NCBI GenBank assembly: GCA_016839765.1
Contig: JAEOTP010000068.1
Location: 1-64,000, forward strand
DNA: 64,000 nucleotides
Direction: 5' to 3'
Origin: Promethearchaeota archaeon
GTDB lineage: Archaea; Asgardarchaeota; Lokiarchaeia; Sigyniarchaeales; SOKP01
The translations under genes were made by a program, and so were the position numbers. Positions 9,616 through 19,413 of this stretch are shown piece after piece; the first letter of the stretch is position 1; each line of letters begins with the position of its first letter. The notes under the pieces were generated by a model. The model searched no databases. It had not been told where the DNA came from and was given only the letters and a program-made list of their open reading frames with translations.

Positions 9616-12600
9616 TTAAGCTTCTTTAAGTTTTGCTAGTGTTTCGCAAATTATAGGATCTTGCGACATCTCACATCTTACCTTTAATAAAGCAATGATT
9701 CTCTTCTTTATTTTTTCATCTTCATATTTAGCAGTTCTTCCTAAAATTAAGGCAATAGATTGTTGTGTGGTTAAAGAACCAGAATCACTGAGATTTTTCA
9801 ATAATCTAGATATAATTTTAGATAATCCAACCTTTTGGATGATTTCAATCATAGTATTTATTATTGATCTTCTTACATCATCAGATTCATCACCTAACAG
9901 AATTAAAACTTTTTCAAAATTGTCATCGATAATATTAAAATCGTATATTTTTAGTAAATTAGCAGCTCCTTGTCTGACTTTAGAATCTTCATGATTTAGA
10001 TTTCCTAATACTTTTTCAATTGGAATTATTGAGGGATCAATATTTTTTATTGAGGCAATCAAATTCATTGATGAATTACGGACCCAATTATTTTTATCAT
10101 TCATTAATAGAACTAACTCGTCAATAATTTGCCGTTTATCATCAACTTTTTGAATAATATTTCCTAAACTTGAGACAGCTGCATCTCGTACTATCCATTC
10201 TTCATCAATTAATGCCTTGTTTAATAAAATATTCACAGCTTCTAAAGGCACTTTATACCCAATAAATCCTAATATTTTAACACTTGTTTCTCGGATAAAT
10301 GAATCTTTATCTGAATATAAATTTATAATAGTACTCACAGGTATTAAATCAGGTTCTTTTTTAGCAATTTCTAATAATGATTTTGTTAAAATAACTCTTA
10401 CTGATAAATCCTGTTTATATTGCAACTGGAATAATTCATTTATTATAGGCTTTAAGTAGATTGGATCTTTTTTCGCGATCTTTGAAATTAATTGAGATCC
10501 CTCCTTTTTAGCATTGATATTGTAAGGTTCTTGAAATATTGAAAGAATTACCTTTTTATCTATATTATAAAGATAATCATCAACTAGGCCTTCTAATGAA
10601 ACAATTGAATTTAATATTATATCATCATTATCACTGTGAATGAACTTAAGTAGCTTTGGGATTAAGATATCTGGATTCCGTCTAGCTATTTCAATTATGG
10701 TGCTTGAAATAATCCCTTTTGATATAAACTTCGATTCATCTTTTATTTTTATTAGATTTTCGAAAATTAAATTTGGAGTTTTAGGATATTTTGTTATAAG
10801 AATCTTTGAGATTTCATTTTTTAGTTCATTATCTTCAAATTTTATGAAAATTAGGAGGATGCTTAAAACTTTTTCCGGATCTTTTTCCCATAAATCGCCA
10901 AGAAGTTTTAATACACTTATTAAAATTTTTGTGTTGCTTGGATCAACTTTATTTATAATCATATCTATATTTAAGGCTTTAGGGTTTTCATCAAAATATT
11001 TTCTAAGTGCTTGAACTGCTGACATTCTTACATTTTCATCAAAATCAACCAATCCCTCAAAGAGTGGTGTGATTGGAATTGAAAATTTCTTAAAATTCCC
11101 TATTTTTGCCAAAATTTCAAAAACTGAAGCTCTAACATTTGCAGTTGGATCATTCATAAAGGGAAGAATTTGAGAAACTAATTCTAAATTAATATTGTCT
11201 AAAGAAATATTTTTAAGATTTCGAATAGCAGCGGCTCTTATTTCTCTATGAGGATGATTTAATTTATTCAATATGATATTAATTGGAATGGGAAACGCAG
11301 ATTCTTCTAAAATATTAAAAATTTCAATCTGTACTTGGTTATCTGGATCATTTATCAGCTTTTTCATATCAAGCTTTAAAATTAATTCTTCTTCTTGTTG
11401 AATTAGTTTTGAAATTAATTTTAATCCGATTAATTTTAATCTCCACTCGAAATCATTTATTAAGCTAAAAATTAATTTTTTTGGGATTTTTTGTAATAAT
11501 TCGATATTGGCATTTAATAGAGATCTCGCAAAAGGAAGGACTTTATCATAATTTGGGGAGTTTAAACCCTCTATTATCCAAGGAAGGATTGTTTCTGGAA
11601 TATCTTCTTCCAATTGATTTAATACTTCATAGCATACTCTTCTTGAATTAATATTGGGATCACACAAACCATCAATTAGTAAATTTTTGAATTTCCATTC
11701 ATTAGGAGAAATTTCATATTTTAATGGGATTCTCTCAAACATAAGAATTAATGTACTCTCAGCATATTTTCTCAATTCTGGATTTTTATTTTTTATAAAA
11801 TGAAAAAGAGGGATAGGGTCAAAAGTTTGACCGCATTTAGTAATTTTAGAATACTTGATATTAAATTTGAATTTATTTTTTCTTGATACTAAATAAAAGG
11901 TTGTAAAAATTATTAGAATGATTTCTTCGATTACTGAAGGCCATGCATATAACAAATAATTAGGTTCAATTTCTTGAGTTAAGGTCCAGAAATTTAACGT
12001 GCTAGCTAAAGTAGTAATATTTACTAATATAAAATTGACAAATACATTTAAACCAATCGCAGCCATTAAATACGCAGCAAAATAAATATCAATACCACGA
12101 TATTTAATTTTTCTTCCCCAAAATCGTGTAAAATATCCAATGATTCCAAAAAATAATGTTATATATACAAAATATGAAGACATTGTGGATATAGCGAGTG
12201 TACCAGTGAAGAAAAAACTTATTGTTTGAATTAGAGATATCCAAGCCCATACAAATACAAATATCATGAATCCTAAAATAATATAAGGTCTAGGAAAAGA
12301 TACAAATTGTTTCATACCACGTTTACTATTTTCAAAATTTAAAAATAGAGATCTTTTTATCTCTGGGATATGATAATATTCATTTGAAATTCCAGCAATA
12401 TAACCTTTTGTTCCATAGAGCACTAATATTAATAATGGGTAAACTAGCATCCAGAATATCCAGATCAATAAAAAAGGAAATCCTAAAATGCTTAATAAAA
12501 GGGGAGGTATAGCAAATAAAGAATATAACAATAGAGCCATAAAGAATGAAATTAATTTATTGTTTGATATGTTGATAAAGTATTTGCTAATGAATTTATG

Positions 12601-12933
12601 AAAAGGCGTAAGGCCCTCATCAGATTCTTTACTTAAGGCAATAAATAAAAAATCTATTAACGGATAAACAGAAATGTAGATTAGGCAAATAATAAAAGGA
12701 ATTAATAAAATAAGGGGGTTAACTGTTTCAATAGTAAATATAACTCCCATAGAAATAACAATCATAGCAGCCAGGCTGAAAATAACACCATAAATAATAC
12801 ATTGAAGACGATCTTTTGTGTTAAATTCTCCTTTTTTTACTAAAGCAACTTGTTTATATATAATAAAAAAACCAAAAATAAAGATTAGTATAAAAATTAC
12901 AACTAAAATTGATTCAACAAGCAAATTCTCCAC
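9616..12933 (-). CDS. Polytopic membrane protein (~8-9 TM) fused to a long C-terminal HEAT-repeat solenoid
   Basis: Hydrophobic first ~350 aa, then repeated D-x-x-x-x-VR-x-x-A-x-x-x-L units (DPTANVRASVFEIL, DENVRMSAVQAL, DSFIRETSVKILG, EWIVRDAAVSSLG, DSKVRQGAANLL). Confidence 0.9.
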   Translation of the reverse strand: MENLLVESILVVIFILIFIFGFFIIYKQVALVKKGEFNTKDRLQCIIYGVIFSLAAMIVISMGVIFTIETVNPLILLIPFIICLIYISVYPLIDFLFIALSKESDEGLTPFHKFISKYFINISNNKLISFFMALLLYSLFAIPPLLLSILGFPFLLIWIFWMLVYPLLILVLYGTKGYIAGISNEYYHIPEIKRSLFLNFENSKRGMKQFVSFPRPYIILGFMIFVFVWAWISLIQTISFFFTGTLAISTMSSYFVYITLFFGIIGYFTRFWGRKIKYRGIDIYFAAYLMAAIGLNVFVNFILVNITTLASTLNFWTLTQEIEPNYLLYAWPSVIEEIILIIFTTFYLVSRKNKFKFNIKYSKITKCGQTFDPIPLFHFIKNKNPELRKYAESTLILMFERIPLKYEISPNEWKFKNLLIDGLCDPNINSRRVCYEVLNQLEEDIPETILPWIIEGLNSPNYDKVLPFARSLLNANIELLQKIPKKLIFSLINDFEWRLKLIGLKLISKLIQQEEELILKLDMKKLINDPDNQVQIEIFNILEESAFPIPINIILNKLNHPHREIRAAAIRNLKNISLDNINLELVSQILPFMNDPTANVRASVFEILAKIGNFKKFSIPITPLFEGLVDFDENVRMSAVQALRKYFDENPKALNIDMIINKVDPSNTKILISVLKLLGDLWEKDPEKVLSILLIFIKFEDNELKNEISKILITKYPKTPNLIFENLIKIKDESKFISKGIISSTIIEIARRNPDILIPKLLKFIHSDNDDIILNSIVSLEGLVDDYLYNIDKKVILSIFQEPYNINAKKEGSQLISKIAKKDPIYLKPIINELFQLQYKQDLSVRVILTKSLLEIAKKEPDLIPVSTIINLYSDKDSFIRETSVKILGFIGYKVPLEAVNILLNKALIDEEWIVRDAAVSSLGNIIQKVDDKRQIIDELVLLMNDKNNWVRNSSMNLIASIKNIDPSIIPIEKVLGNLNHEDSKVRQGAANLLKIYDFNIIDDNFEKVLILLGDESDDVRRSIINTMIEIIQKVGLSKIISRLLKNLSDSGSLTTQQSIALILGRTAKYEDEKIKKRIIALLKVRCEMSQDPIICETLAKLKEA

Positions 12934-13039
12934 AGATTCTAATTTTTATTTATTAATAAATAACATTTAATTTCAATAGTGGTTCATTTTTTTTAATATA
13001 TTAAAGTATTTTAATTTTTAAATTATAGTGTGGTAAAAT

Positions 13040-13600
13040 TTGAAAAAAATTGAGGAAGAGTTATCTTTAAATTTAAATAGAGTTAATTTTGTATTTAAAA
13101 ATGAAGAAATTATTACTGAATGTTTAAAAAACCATGGAGGAGTTTCCTTATTAGGAGAACAATATGGTCCATTTGAAAAAGGAAATAAATACAAATTGAA
13201 ATACTTTTTAGCATTACCATTTATTCAAAATGAGGTTTTAAAACTTAATTCTAGTGAAAAGTGTGACAATATTGATGTTCAGAGGTATGCTATAAACGAA
13301 CGTGATGATCAAAAATTAATCCATCAATTAAACATCTACTTTTTGAACAGAATTAAAGAGTTTAAACATTTTATGGAAATTGACGTTAAACGCAACCATA
13401 AACCTAAGGTTGATTTAGACAGATACAATTCTTACACTACAAATATCATTGATAGCAGATTATTAAAATTACTTAGATTATCTAAAGCAGAATTATCTTT
13501 AGATGATGAAAAAAGACTGAGTTATGCGGAGAAATTATTATATAGAAGACTATATGCTATTATTAAAGCCTGGAGAGCATTTTTCTTATCAATAAATTAA
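13040..13600 (+). CDS. gins23: GINS complex subunit, Gins23 (Psf2/Psf3-like, B-then-A domain order)
   Basis: N-terminal B-domain motif GPFEKGNKYKLKYFLALPF, then a helical A domain with RLLKLLRL...LSYAEKLLY. Close to mcm. Confidence 0.75.
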   Translation: MKKIEEELSLNLNRVNFVFKNEEIITECLKNHGGVSLLGEQYGPFEKGNKYKLKYFLALPFIQNEVLKLNSSEKCDNIDVQRYAINERDDQKLIHQLNIYFLNRIKEFKHFMEIDVKRNHKPKVDLDRYNSYTTNIIDSRLLKLLRLSKAELSLDDEKRLSYAEKLLYRRLYAIIKAWRAFFLSIN

Positions 13601-13619
13601 AAAAGAGTCAATCAAAAAT

Positions 13620-14297
13620 TTATAGTTCTATTTGCCTTACTCCAAATTTTTTAAAGTAATTTTCTATTAATAATGCAATTTCTTTATTTGGATTTAACTT
13701 AGGTAAGATTTCGATGATATTACTCATAGCAAAATATTTTACTCCTTTTTCACTAACTAATTGCTCAACGGTTTTTCCATCATCTCTTATTTCGTTTCTA
13801 TTCGTTAATCCAATAGCAGAAATTACATTTAAATTAAGTTTTTGTAAATCTTCGATGCATTGGATTAATGAACCTCCTGTAGTAGTGACATCTTCAAGAA
13901 TTACAACTTTACCATTAGGTATTCCTAAATAAAATCTATCTTTTATTTCTCCATGATTTTTTGGTCTTCCTCTGCCCATTGACAATTTAAAAATTCCTGG
14001 TTTATAATTTCGATTTTTTCTTGCCCACTTAAATTGCGTGATGATACCTAATTTAGTAGCTCCTTCAGGTACACCAAAAAAACAATCAGGAACCAATTGT
14101 AAATATTTTATGTACGATAATAAATAATCGGTTAATTTATCGGTTAAATAAACGTCCTCAGAAATATTTCTCCAATTAACATAAAATGGAGACTCTCTGC
14201 CAGATTTTAACAGAACTGGTTCCTTATAAAATCCGATTACTTTATTATCAATAATAAAATCATAGAATTTTTCTTTTTCAGTTTCCCAATTCATCAA
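13620..14297 (-). CDS. pyrE: Orotate phosphoribosyltransferase
   Basis: LKSGRESPFYVN and PRPP-binding VILEDVTTTGGS. Confidence 0.88.
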   Translation of the reverse strand: MMNWETEKEKFYDFIIDNKVIGFYKEPVLLKSGRESPFYVNWRNISEDVYLTDKLTDYLLSYIKYLQLVPDCFFGVPEGATKLGIITQFKWARKNRNYKPGIFKLSMGRGRPKNHGEIKDRFYLGIPNGKVVILEDVTTTGGSLIQCIEDLQKLNLNVISAIGLTNRNEIRDDGKTVEQLVSEKGVKYFAMSNIIEILPKLNPNKEIALLIENYFKKFGVRQIEL

Positions 14298-14305
14298 AAA
14301 TCATA

Positions 14306-14830
14306 CTATTCTTTTAAAAGTAGATATTCTTTTCTAATTTTTGCATAATCTTGAGCAGTAATTTTTCCATCTAAAAATTCTTTTTCCTTCTGCCGCATGA
14401 TTTTTCTTTTTCTTGCTAATTCTTTTCTCCTCTCAGCTTTCACAAACATTTCTGATATGTTTTTTGATAATTCTACTACCTTATTGTTTTTACTTTTTTG
14501 AAGATCAATAAGATACTTCTGAATAGGTTTAACCATTTCAATATTTTTTTTTGCTACAGTTAATATTCGAGTAAGAGACGGAATTATTTCTTCGTCATTT
14601 TCGCTATCTAATACACTGATTAAACGTGGAATTGCAATTTCCTTCATAATCTCATCAAGATAACTCTCTATATCTTTCTTAATTGTATTATCTTCATATA
14701 TATCTAATTTTTTTTCTCTAATGTATTCTATAAATATTAGGGGTAACTCTACTGGCCAATCTTTCATTTTTTCCTTATCTACTAGCTGAATTACTCCACC
14801 ATCTTTTTTGCGAAATAATTTTATATCCAA
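14306..14830 (-). CDS. Hypothetical alpha-helical protein (short HEAT-like segment, SHOCT-like C-terminus)
   Basis: Long ORF overlapping the top6A stop. C-terminal FLDGKITAQDYAKIRKEYL resembles SHOCT. Confidence 0.7.
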   Translation of the reverse strand: MDIKLFRKKDGGVIQLVDKEKMKDWPVELPLIFIEYIREKKLDIYEDNTIKKDIESYLDEIMKEIAIPRLISVLDSENDEEIIPSLTRILTVAKKNIEMVKPIQKYLIDLQKSKNNKVVELSKNISEMFVKAERRKELARKRKIMRQKEKEFLDGKITAQDYAKIRKEYLLLKE

Positions 14831-16008
14831 TCACCTGTGGTTAGTTTTTCTGGTAAGTATTCATCTGTTAAAAATTTGAAACCATGCGATGCAAACGCTT
14901 GGATTTCTGCTTTCTCTCTTAATTTTATAGCAAGTTGTAAATCAGTTTCCCAAGCTTTATTTTTTTTTACAAAATCTTCTTTCAATAAGTCTTTTGTACG
15001 CTTTTCATCCTGTTTATTCATCCTAATTCTTGCAGCTTTAGGAATTTGATATTTATCCAAATCTCTTGTTAAAACACCTAAAAGTTTTATATTTGGTGTA
15101 GCAAGGAAAGGTGATTCATAACTCAATCTTTTTGAGCCTCTTAGATAAACAGAGTGAATATAATGTCCATAAGGATCACTGTCAACTAAAGTGAAAGTAG
15201 GCAAATTTAATTCTTTATTTAATCTTTTTAAAAACATACGCGTAGCTACATTTCCTACACCTTGAGCAGTAAGTAAAATGCAAGGATATTTCCGCCAAAA
15301 TCTATCTTCTGCAAGTCTCATCATAGCAGCATTTTTCTCAATAACTAATATAAATTCAGCATCAGATTCTAATATTTCAATTTGATCCAGAAATGGTGAT
15401 ATAGTCCATCCACCACTTCCTTGGCCCTCAAGATCTATGATATCAGTTCTGTCTCTTATTCTTAGTCTACCCACACATGAACCTCTTGGAGCTGCGACTA
15501 TATGTGTAGAATTTCTTGAGGTATACAACATAGTAGAAACATCTTCAATGCTTTTATCGCTATTTTTTTGTTCACTAAATAAATTCACATCTGTATAAAA
15601 CACTTCTCTTTTGGTGGCATGAAGATCCTCATTAAGTAGCTCGGTTACTACTTCAAGAACTCTCATTAAGCGCGTAATATCAGCAACACTTGTAAGTGAA
15701 TGAAATTGTTTTTCCATAATTTGTTTACCAAGTAATAATAAGTCATTTTCTTCATCCCAAATTATATTTGATGATGATCTGGAAGGTAATTCAATAGATG
15801 GTCTTCCAGTATTGTAGATTTGTTGAATAATATTATCTGTAAGTTTATATATTCTGTCTAAAATATTACTTCTACTTAGATCTTCTATTTTAATAGTATC
15901 TATTGGTTGTTCAAAATCTTTTATCTCCTGTCCTCTTTCTAAATATTCATTATATAATTCTTTTGCAGCATTTAAATTATAAATTTTATTAACTTTTTTT
16001 TTTGCCAT
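14821..16008 (-). CDS. top6A: DNA topoisomerase VI subunit A (Spo11-like)
   Basis: Catalytic Tyr in TKREVFY; Toprim LVIEK and VDSDPYG; C-terminal KAEIQA. Confidence 0.97.
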   Translation of the reverse strand: MAKKKVNKIYNLNAAKELYNEYLERGQEIKDFEQPIDTIKIEDLSRSNILDRIYKLTDNIIQQIYNTGRPSIELPSRSSSNIIWDEENDLLLLGKQIMEKQFHSLTSVADITRLMRVLEVVTELLNEDLHATKREVFYTDVNLFSEQKNSDKSIEDVSTMLYTSRNSTHIVAAPRGSCVGRLRIRDRTDIIDLEGQGSGGWTISPFLDQIEILESDAEFILVIEKNAAMMRLAEDRFWRKYPCILLTAQGVGNVATRMFLKRLNKELNLPTFTLVDSDPYGHYIHSVYLRGSKRLSYESPFLATPNIKLLGVLTRDLDKYQIPKAARIRMNKQDEKRTKDLLKEDFVKKNKAWETDLQLAIKLREKAEIQAFASHGFKFLTDEYLPEKLTTGDWI

Positions 16009-16015
16009 CTTAGAA

Positions 16016-19000
16016 TCACTTTAATTTCCAATGCTTTTTAGATTTGATTATATTTTCTTCAACTAAACCTTTTCTTACTAAATCTTTCATTTTAAGCTGT
16101 AAAAAACGAGCATCCATCATATCTTGGACTTTTAGTTTTAAAATGAGATAAGTAATTGGTTGCCAATCTTTATCAGATAAAGTGGTTAATATTTTTTCAG
16201 TAGTAATTATTGGGACTTCTAATTTTTTACTTTTTGGAGTTGTTTTGACTGATTTTTGAGGTTTAATCGCAACCGGTACTTCTGTTTCAATTTTTTTAGC
16301 AGGGGTTATTTCAGTTTCCTTAGAAATGATCTTTTCTTCATCGACTTTTATTTCTTTTGTTCTCTCGATCTTAATTTCTTTTTCTTCTATTTTTTGTTCC
16401 TCAGCTTTTACTATTGTCGTGTCTTTTATATCGATTATTTGTTCTTTAGATAGAATTATTCTTGGTTTTACTCCTATAGCATTCTTCATTAAATCTATTA
16501 AATCATCTCTATTCAATTGTTTCTCATATTTAGGCTCTCCTTTAGAAGCTATATTGTATATGCTTTGTACGAATTGAGGTATATATTTCTCAATTAAGCT
16601 TGCTCTCTTTTCTTTTTTATGTATTGCATGTTTTCTGTTAAGATATATTCGTAATCTCCTACCTATTGCTTCAAGACAATATTTTATTTCTTTAATTAAC
16701 TCTTCATCGTCTGCTAAAGCGTTTTTTGACTGTGATTTAAACATTAAATGCACATAAGGGCCAGAAACATTAATTAACAATTTAATTGGTCCCTTTGGAA
16801 GATTGTTATCATAAGTATCTAGTTTATAATTCTTCCAATTTACTGATTGAACTGCTTTAGTTATTGCACAATCAGCACTATCTCTCAATTTTGGAGTTCT
16901 ATTCACAAATCTGGATAATACATCCCTTGATCGCTTTGGAGTTTCCAATTTAGCAGCATTATTGCAATAAGCTAAAGCAGCCTCAACTACATATGCTAAT
17001 CCTTTCCCACTTGTAGGGGATCTTGTTTCAGCAGATACAAAATCATCATCCTTCGTGTAATTTTCGATAAAGTAATCAAATACTTCTTGATAAGCAGTAT
17101 CTTCACTTTCTTTTATATCTGTTAAAAATATTTCATTATATTTTTTGAATTGGGTCAATTCAGTATTATCATTTTGAATTGCTATATTTGCTAATATTCT
17201 AGAATTTAATGTGACTAATTCTTGATTTCCTACTGAAATATTTCTAAGTATCTCATCACTTGCAGATGGGTTTTCTTTAATAATAGCTGCTTTTTTAGAA
17301 TCAATAATCTCATCATCAATTTTTTCAATTTTTTCAATTGGATCTTCAAAATCATCAATATTTTCTGAAACTTGTATCCCAATCTCTTTAATTAAAGTAT
17401 TCTCTAAAACTAGTTCTCCTACGGGTATTGCTGTATCAGTTGGAGGCGCCATATATTTTATAGACTTAAATGCATGAAATAAGGAATTAAATTGTTCAGT
17501 TGATAATTCTGAAGGTCTTTTTTTTGATAACTGAACTTCATTAATTAAATCTTCAAAATCTGTCCTATTTTTAATTTTTTTTAGTTCTATTAATCCATTT
17601 TTATTTGTTTGAAAAATCTGATTTAGCTTGACTTTAATCTTTTCTTTCTCTTTGTTAGCAATATCTATATCTTTTACTAAGTTTGTAATAGTTTTTTCTA
17701 TTTGCTTAATATCTTTTTTTGTCTCACTTTTTTCAATTTTATTATTGTACTTTTTTATTTCTTTATTTATTTTCTCAAGATCCTTATTTAACGTATTATA
17801 TTTTTCAATTAAATTCCAGTAGTTTTCCTTTAATTGTTCAGAGGCTGCTTGATAGATTATTAATTTATCTCTTGGTTTTGTGGATTTTCCATAAACTCTC
17901 TTCTCAAACTCCAAATAATATATCGGATCGTTTTTCTTTTCTACTTTGGTGAGAAATCCTTCCTTAAGAATAAAAAGATTCGATTTATCTTGCAAATCCC
18001 TTTCTGCGATTTTTATTATCTCTTTAGCAGTTCGAGGACTCATTCTGACGAAGTTTTCTTGTAAAAAGGCAGATATTGTAAGGTTTTCAGATTTTGTTAA
18101 TAAATCTTGCAAATCTCCAATATTAGTTGAAGAAGGATGTGCCTTAGCATATTTAGGTTGTTTTGGGAAAGAAGATACCAATCTTCGATAAATATATTCT
18201 TTACTATAAGGATCAATATAAATAAGGGTAACATGAGGATTCATTAAGGCAGTCTCTTTGACATATGTATCCACATAGCCCCTTATGTATTTAACATTTA
18301 AATAATTCAACTTTACATAAGTTCCATGAAGGAATGGACTGTCAACCTCAGAAGGATGAACTAAGTATTTTTTTTCATTTTTAGATGTAGTAAAAAATTC
18401 CGATACTGTGGCATAAATCATGTCTGATGTTTTTGATACCGCTATAATTGGTTTTCCAGTTGTATTTTGAGCATCACTAAAAGCGCTTGGGGCTCCAAAT
18501 CCCTGACTACCTCTTGTTTGTTTTAATTCAACACTTTTAGAAGATGCTAAATATTTACCAAATTTTCGTAAATCAGCTTTATTCATACCCATTCCATTAT
18601 CAAAAATTTCGAAAGTATAATTCATTACATTCTTTTGACTTAGCTCTGAAGTTAGAAAAGAAGGTGCTTCATATTCTTTTAATCTAATTATTACTATTGG
18701 TTCAATATCAACAATATTAGCAACTGGCGTAATTATTTCATTCATATCATCTATGATTCTTCTTACTTCTTCTTCGACTTCTAATTGCGTTTTATCCGCA
18801 ATTTCTCCTGATTGTTCTTCTTTTTCCTCACTAAGAACTTTACTTTCCTCTAATGCTTTTGATTCAGTTATTCCTACTTCTTGCATTAATGCTAACTTTG
18901 CTTCATTGTTTAAAGTTTGAATTTCTTCATCTTCTTTTATTTCCTGAATTATTGATAGATTTTCTAACGATAATTCTTGATCCAAGGAGAATTTAATTTT

Positions 19001-19201
19001 AGAATCTTCTTCTTCTAATTCATTCCATTGAAATGATTCAATTGCATCTAATGCATTATCTGTAAACTCAGCGACATATTGTGTATGTTTCCAATACCCA
19101 AATTCAAAACCAACTAACTGAGTTCTTTTTCTCATGAATTGAGCGATGGTACCCTGTGTAATTCTACCATCTTCTTCAGAAGTCATTTTTTCCTTCACCA
19201 A
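16016..19201 (-). CDS. top6B: DNA topoisomerase VI subunit B with large insertions
   Basis: GHKL motifs EFTDNALDA, DNGMGM and RGSQGFG; transducer RFVNRTPKL and FKSQSKNA; 7 nt from top6A. Confidence 0.95.
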   Translation of the reverse strand: MVKEKMTSEEDGRITQGTIAQFMRKRTQLVGFEFGYWKHTQYVAEFTDNALDAIESFQWNELEEEDSKIKFSLDQELSLENLSIIQEIKEDEEIQTLNNEAKLALMQEVGITESKALEESKVLSEEKEEQSGEIADKTQLEVEEEVRRIIDDMNEIITPVANIVDIEPIVIIRLKEYEAPSFLTSELSQKNVMNYTFEIFDNGMGMNKADLRKFGKYLASSKSVELKQTRGSQGFGAPSAFSDAQNTTGKPIIAVSKTSDMIYATVSEFFTTSKNEKKYLVHPSEVDSPFLHGTYVKLNYLNVKYIRGYVDTYVKETALMNPHVTLIYIDPYSKEYIYRRLVSSFPKQPKYAKAHPSSTNIGDLQDLLTKSENLTISAFLQENFVRMSPRTAKEIIKIAERDLQDKSNLFILKEGFLTKVEKKNDPIYYLEFEKRVYGKSTKPRDKLIIYQAASEQLKENYWNLIEKYNTLNKDLEKINKEIKKYNNKIEKSETKKDIKQIEKTITNLVKDIDIANKEKEKIKVKLNQIFQTNKNGLIELKKIKNRTDFEDLINEVQLSKKRPSELSTEQFNSLFHAFKSIKYMAPPTDTAIPVGELVLENTLIKEIGIQVSENIDDFEDPIEKIEKIDDEIIDSKKAAIIKENPSASDEILRNISVGNQELVTLNSRILANIAIQNDNTELTQFKKYNEIFLTDIKESEDTAYQEVFDYFIENYTKDDDFVSAETRSPTSGKGLAYVVEAALAYCNNAAKLETPKRSRDVLSRFVNRTPKLRDSADCAITKAVQSVNWKNYKLDTYDNNLPKGPIKLLINVSGPYVHLMFKSQSKNALADDEELIKEIKYCLEAIGRRLRIYLNRKHAIHKKEKRASLIEKYIPQFVQSIYNIASKGEPKYEKQLNRDDLIDLMKNAIGVKPRIILSKEQIIDIKDTTIVKAEEQKIEEKEIKIERTKEIKVDEEKIISKETEITPAKKIETEVPVAIKPQKSVKTTPKSKKLEVPIITTEKILTTLSDKDWQPITYLILKLKVQDMMDARFLQLKMKDLVRKGLVEENIIKSKKHWKLK

Positions 19202-19413
19202 TTATTTTTTCAATACATTAATATTAAATTTATATATATATACTTACATATTCGTTAATTAATCAGAAAGCAATAGTATTTAACCCTATAATTATAATAA
19301 TCCGGGTTATTTATTCAAAATGCATTCTTTCTTTCATTTTGAAAAGAAATTGAATTATTATTTAAATATTTTCATAATACTCAAAATCTTTAAAAAAGTT
19401 GAAAAATTAAATC

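Noticed and set aside
7310-19201. Inteins in MCM or Top6B
   Set aside because: MCM is of normal length, and the Top6B inserts lack C/S...HN splice motifs and LAGLIDADG blocks.
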